Below, piece after piece: positions 13,500 through 64,000 of a stretch of 64,000 nt of DNA. The number at the start of each line of letters is the position of its first letter. Within the stretch, counting starts at the first letter, position 1. Source of the stretch: Tubiluchus corallicola. Lineage: Eukaryota > Animalia > Priapulida. The notes beneath the pieces were generated by a model. The model was given only the letters and a program-made list of their open reading frames with translations. It ran no database searches and was not told the DNA's origin. The DNA lies in assembly GCA_030141605.1 (NCBI GenBank), contig JAQGDQ010000469.1, positions 62,001-126,000 of the forward strand, in the 5' to 3' direction. A program made the position numbers and the translations under genes.

Positions 13500-15010
13500 G
13501 CAAACAGTAAGTTACATGCTTGCCTTGTAGACTTTAAGAAAGCGTTAGATTCGGTGGATAGGACTTGTTTGTTGTATAAACTTGTTCACATTTGTTTGAA
13601 AGGTAGAATATTGCAAATAATTGCCCGAATGTATAAACATAAAATTAGCTATGTAAAAACGGATAAGGGTTTCACAGAAATATTTCTAGTAAACCAAGGT
13701 GTTTTACAAGGGTGTACACTTTCACCAATTTTAATTTGCCTGTACTTGAGCAATCTAGAAGAGCATTTAAATGTAAATGATGCAGATTGTGTTACACTAG
13801 TTTATAGAGCCATTTGTTTCCTTGCGTTTGCAGACGATTTAGTTTTATTAAGTCGATCTAAAGAAGGCTTACAAACATAACTGAATCTTTTAAATACTTA
13901 CTGTACGAAATGGAGATTTTAATTTTTGCGAAAAGACACTCTTGTAACATCAGAAAATATGCCTTTCTATTACGATGATAAGCAGCTGGAACAATGTTCA
14001 GAATGTAAATATTTGTGTGTTTATTATAGCAAAACTGGATGTCTTAAATATACCGTAGACCACTTAATACAACAGCGAAACAAGGCTAACTATTGTTGGC
14101 ATAGTAAAGCCAAAACTTTTGGTTTCTTTGGTATAAATCTGTTTACTTTTTGTGGTCATTTCTCTATTTACTATTTATGTTAAATTCAATTTGTATTATG
14201 GTTACGAGGTTTGAGTTAAACGACATTTTGAAAATTTGGAAAGAACGTTTTTGAGCTATCATAAAGTAATTTTGGGCGTAAAAATACAAACACCAATAAC
14301 TGCTGTATTGTTAGAAATTAGCCTAATATTCTGTGAGTTTGGAAATTCAAATGACGATGATTGGCTGAGGCTAGTCTCACTATCTGAAAGTAGACTGTTG
14401 AAAAAAAGTATTTGATGCACAGAAATGTGAATTTGACGTGGCTTGTTTCAGGTGGCAAGTTAATATGTTTTTTTTTGGTGGAACATAACATAACTGTTCC
14501 GATTTATTTTAATACTGTATATCTTTTAGAAATGAGACAGCAAGCAAACTATGTTATATCATGGAGAGAATCTTTAAACTCTATGAGCAAATTATCCTTT
14601 TATAGATCATTTAAACAGAATTAAACAGAAAAGTGAAAACATATTTAGAAAATGCTAAGAATACTAAAGACAGAAAGGCCATGACAAAATTTAGAACTAG
14701 TGCTCATTGCTTGGCTGTTGAAGCTGGTTGATAAAGTCACCCATTCCACGTGAATATGGAGTTCGTAGTGTTTGTTGAAGTTGAATGTCATTTTCTAGTG
14801 TACTGCTCAAAACATAACGTTGCATCAACTTTGTGTTGAACACATTTAACCAGTCTGTCCAACTTTTAATGTTTTAACTGAAAATAAAATACTGTAATAC
14901 AATGTGAAGTGGCAAAATTGATCAAACGTGCATGTAATCTATTGTAAGAAATATTTATTATTGCTTTGATCGGCCTTAATGGCTATATGTGAATAAACTA
15001 TCTGCTTATC
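13500..15010 (+). mobile_element. Decayed RTE/RTE-X-like LINE (RT to 3' end)
   Basis: VDFKKALDSVDR, GVLQGCTLSP, LAFADDLVLLS..EGLQ, MTKFRTSAHCLAVEAG; ends AATAAACTATCT. Confidence 0.85.
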
Positions 15011-15734
15011 AAAGATTTTTTATTATAAAACAATAATTATTATTACACAATAATGTCTATTAACGCATTTTAGAAATCTGTGCAAAACAAGAATCACAAT
15101 GATCTAAAACTGTATTAACGAACTTATAAACGGCAATAAACTTTAATAATTAAATTGCGAGGTAGCCTGTGCTGGATTAGCCATTAGGCAACTAAGGCAC
15201 ATGCCAAAAATCCAGGCCACAAAAAATAAAGTAAAAAAAATTAATATGCTCTCAGGCGATGACAAAAATGCTTTCCTTTATTTTTAAATCATGGCTACTG
15301 AATAGAATGGGGTTAGAGGTTAGATGGATTCTGCGAGGTTTGGAACTTCTTACTCAAGTGTTTTTTATTGTTATCTTTCTGATAACGAAAGAATAAGATG
15401 CTATTCAGGCAGGATTGTTTGTCATATTGTATCTTAACATGGTTGATCAATAACACATTTTTTGTTGTTTACCACGTGACAATTTTATTTGCTTTTCTGA
15501 GCTAAAAGCTGTGCTACATTTCTTCCCTTTCCTTTACCTTAATCTATCATTGGTTTGTTTTAGACGACAGTTTACATTTGACGCGTATGTCTGATCCTAG
15601 TATTTCTCACGATGATAGTGAGTCAAGTGTAATTGTCCAAGGTATTTCCTCTGCACCTGGTACTTTTAATTTTGCTGGTAAAGATTTGAGGGAGGAGTTT
15701 GAGCTGTAGATGGAAGATTTTGAAGATTGGTTAA

Positions 15735-16150
15735 AGGAAAACCGAACGATTGATTACTCAATCTCATTTTAATTTACTATCCAAAATATACGTTTGTTGC
15801 ATCTAAAAGTTAGCAATTGTTTCTTATATTTGAGTAATTAGCTTAGAAAGTTAATTAACGGTAACCGGACGCAGCTATTGCTTACGTCAGAAACTAACCA
15901 CAGTTTGTGCAATAACAGGCATCTTCCCTTGCGCATCAAGAACGTTTGTGTGAGTTTTACTGTACTGCCTAAACGCGTGATGTCATGAAAATTGGCTTTT
16001 CGTCATGTGACATCAGAAACTAACACAGCAGTTCATGATTATCACGGTACAGCCTTCTATTTGCCGGCCACGCGAATGTGACAAAAAGGCGCCGTTGCCA
16101 ATCTTAGTAGATTCACTGAGGGGCTGAATCTTCTGTTGCTAAGTTTAACT
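15735..16150. mobile_element. Partial copy of TTAA-target MITE family B
   Basis: TTAA|AGGAAAACCGAACG..., colinear with 33860-34260. Confidence 0.7.
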
Positions 16151-16771
16151 TTTTTCCTATATCTATATTTATATCTATATTTTCAGACCACTTATCAAAA
16201 TCTGCCTAGGGCAGGCAGAGCCGTAACCCTGCATTGGAGGCACCTATTTTCGTCCGTGATGTATGGTCTCTAAAATCCGGTGTTGAGTTTATTCGACTGA
16301 CACGGTTATGAGCCTAACTCATTAGCTGGTATTGCAACTGCAGTTCTAAGTTTTCTACTGGTAACTGGAGTGATGTCAACTCTTGGCATTAAAACATTCT
16401 TGCCTTGTTAGCGGTCGTATATTACAAAAGCTGCATTTCACAAAAGGCGAAACTTTGATTTTTATGAAAAATGATTGCTATGAACATAAATAATAATGTC
16501 TTAATTGACCTGATCCTGCGTGCATCAGAAAGAGCATGGTTACTTGGTGCACTTTTCATTCCCTCAAGTTAACACCAGATGGCAGCTGTGGTTAAGCTTC
16601 CATCTGAGTTCCAAGTGACTGAAATAAGCAACAGTGTGTGACAGTTTATAACGTGCTACATTCTTTAAATTTTTACAAAAAAGTGCTAAAGTACAACTGT
16701 AACTTTACATATTCGGATATGTATAACAAGAAATATTAACATGGCTGCTAACATACAACAATGCCTAAATT

Positions 16772-61843
<45,072 letters not shown>

Positions 61844-62997
61844 TCTGCGTTGTGTAACACACAAACAAAGAAGAATTCAGCAACAACAACAACACGATGA
61901 GCTCATTAAAAGAACAACAATAACATTTCTAATTTAGTCACATTATTGTTTATTTTAAACGCGCGATTTCACGAAAGTACAGCGACAAAAACAGATCGAA
62001 TTTCTCTTTAAACAAGCCAAACACGATAAACCCATTAACTAATGAGATACGAAGAGAATGAGAAAAACAAGAGCAAAGTTAACGCATTGATGAAGGTATT
62101 ATTTTCTCGGTAATAAAAAAGTAATTGAAACTTGACGAAACTATATTCTGTTACACATTTCTGAAGTCCCGCAGGAAAAGTTTATCAATAACTTGCAGTC
62201 GAATCCGTGTGAGGAGTTTTGTGCTTTTTCACGTTTGCCGCGTGTTTCCCTCCGGTTTCAACTTTGCCTGAGCTTCCCAAACTGCGCTGACGCAGATATA
62301 ACCATCGCAGCATCTACTATCATCCGTAGACTGCTGCTGCCATCCATGGCTAGTTAACAAAATTAATCTTTATAAAATTTATAATTAAGAAACAGCAGAG
62401 TAACAAACGTTAAGTGACAAGAAATGGCATAGTAATAGGAAGTGAACTAAGAAGAAACAGCAGAGTAACAAGCAGTTAAGTGACAAGAAAAATCATAATA
62501 ACAAGAACCTGTTCTGGGCAGTTCGACCCAAAAACTGGCGCCAAGTAACATCTGCAGGGTTTTTCAAAATTGTTGTGCAAAAGCTGACTAGTTAATGTAT
62601 GGCTGGTCCCAAGTTCAACATTCGCTGATCGTAGTGTTCATTCGCAATTCTAATTCTGCCTGTATCTGAACGTGGTTCAGGCACCACTGCTGGTTCAGTG
62701 TCTCATCTTAAACGTTTAGCTTTTCATAACGAATCCCAGTATTCACAGTTTCCGTGGTCTCTCTTCACATACACCATTCTATCTAATCTTTGTGAATTCA
62801 ACTCTACACAAAATACTTGAACATGCATTTTAAGTATTTAAAAGTACAAACTTTTGTATTTAAAGGCCGTGTTTCTGACTTTACAATTTTACACAAAAAC
62901 AGAAAGAAAATGCTCTAGATAAGATTTTCTTATTCTCTTAAGTACTTGTTGGCGGTTTATATAAGAGAAAATCTAAGGTAAAGTGTCATTTCCGAAC

Positions 62998-63251
<254 letters not shown>

Positions 63252-63485
63252 ATAGTAACAACTTTATTTGCCATAATAATATTGAGAATCATAACAAAAT
63301 AATTTTAAGATACTCAATTAGTGATAGTTAAAAAACATACACTTTTTTGGTAGGATTCTTGATGTCTTTGCTAATTCCTTTGCTCTGCAATAAAGCCTTC
63401 AACTTAGCTACTACAGTTACTACGAAAACAAACACTCTACGATTGAGGTGGGCTTTAATGTTGCATTTAATGTAACTTAAAAGTT

Positions 63486-64000
63486 TCACACGGGTAGTTT
63501 AGAAGCACAATTTCCGTGAAATATTTTTATTTTACCACCACACTTATAATACGAATCAAATAAATTCTGATTAAATTTTCGCTTTGTCAAGTATAACTTG
63601 CACAGCTGCCTATTCCAATTGCATGGAATTGTGTAAAATAGTTCAGGGAGCTCCATGCCTATCAATGAGAACACATCTTGATCTCCTAAGTGAGTTTTGT
63701 AAAAACTGTATTTCTGCTGCAGTTTAGACAAAGTTTCAGTGTTGATTGCATAAGCATACAAGCGAGACGTCCGCAGTGCGTGTAAGTCGAGTAAAATCAC
63801 ACCCGTGTTAAAGCCTTGGAAACCGTGTAAACTGGATGCAATGCCCGCCCGCTGGTCTCCCGTTCGGACACGGTAATTCCGGAACGCGCAGTAATACACG
63901 GGTTGTAATTCGTTTCCCAGCCCCATCACTGTTTCAGAATTAAATCTGCCAAAATGCTGATGAAGATGCCATATGTCGTCTGTAAATTTCAGATCAGTGT
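63486..64000 (-). CDS. XXYLT1: XXYLT1-like xyloside xylosyltransferase (GT8), 3' part; 5' end outside window
   Basis: Frame open to the window edge: (D)TDLKF (DxD region)...ELQPVY...GFNTGVILLDL...HLGDQDVFSLIGMELPELFYTIPCNWNRQLC...KIFHGNC, matching the XXYLT1 motif series. Confidence 0.88.
   Translation of the reverse strand, partial: TDLKFTDDIWHLHQHFGRFNSETVMGLGNELQPVYYCAFRNYRVRTGDQRAGIASSLHGFQGFNTGVILLDLHALRTSRLYAYAINTETLSKLQQKYSFYKTHLGDQDVFSLIGMELPELFYTIPCNWNRQLCKLYLTKRKFNQNLFDSYYKCGGKIKIFHGNCASKLPV

Overview
AT-rich, repeat-rich eukaryotic DNA, most likely an invertebrate animal; nothing here looks prokaryotic. Most of the window is one minus-strand gene that can be assembled by eye from GT-AG exons with consistent phases. 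It is a gliomedin/colmedin-type type II transmembrane collagen with a C-terminal olfactomedin domain (15 coding exons, 61843->16772, 2271 nt, 756 aa). The 3' end of an XXYLT1-like GT8 xylosyltransferase lies about 1.6 kb upstream on the same strand. Positions 1-15 kb and the introns hold decayed LINEs (L1/Tx1, CR1/L2, RTE-like, several with SGNH-type ORF1 remnants), SINE fragments, TTAA- and CWG-target MITEs, foldback elements, minisatellites and microsatellites. The most notable non-obvious items are: a palindrome in intron 1 whose arms each carry a minimal Penelope-type hammerhead ribozyme motif; a ~45-copy 66-bp array that is open on both strands; an RGD-coding 27-nt symmetric microexon; and a short retroposon insertion whose empty site is preserved in a local duplicate. 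I found no convincing novel protein-coding system. All assignments rest on visual motif recognition, with no database searches.
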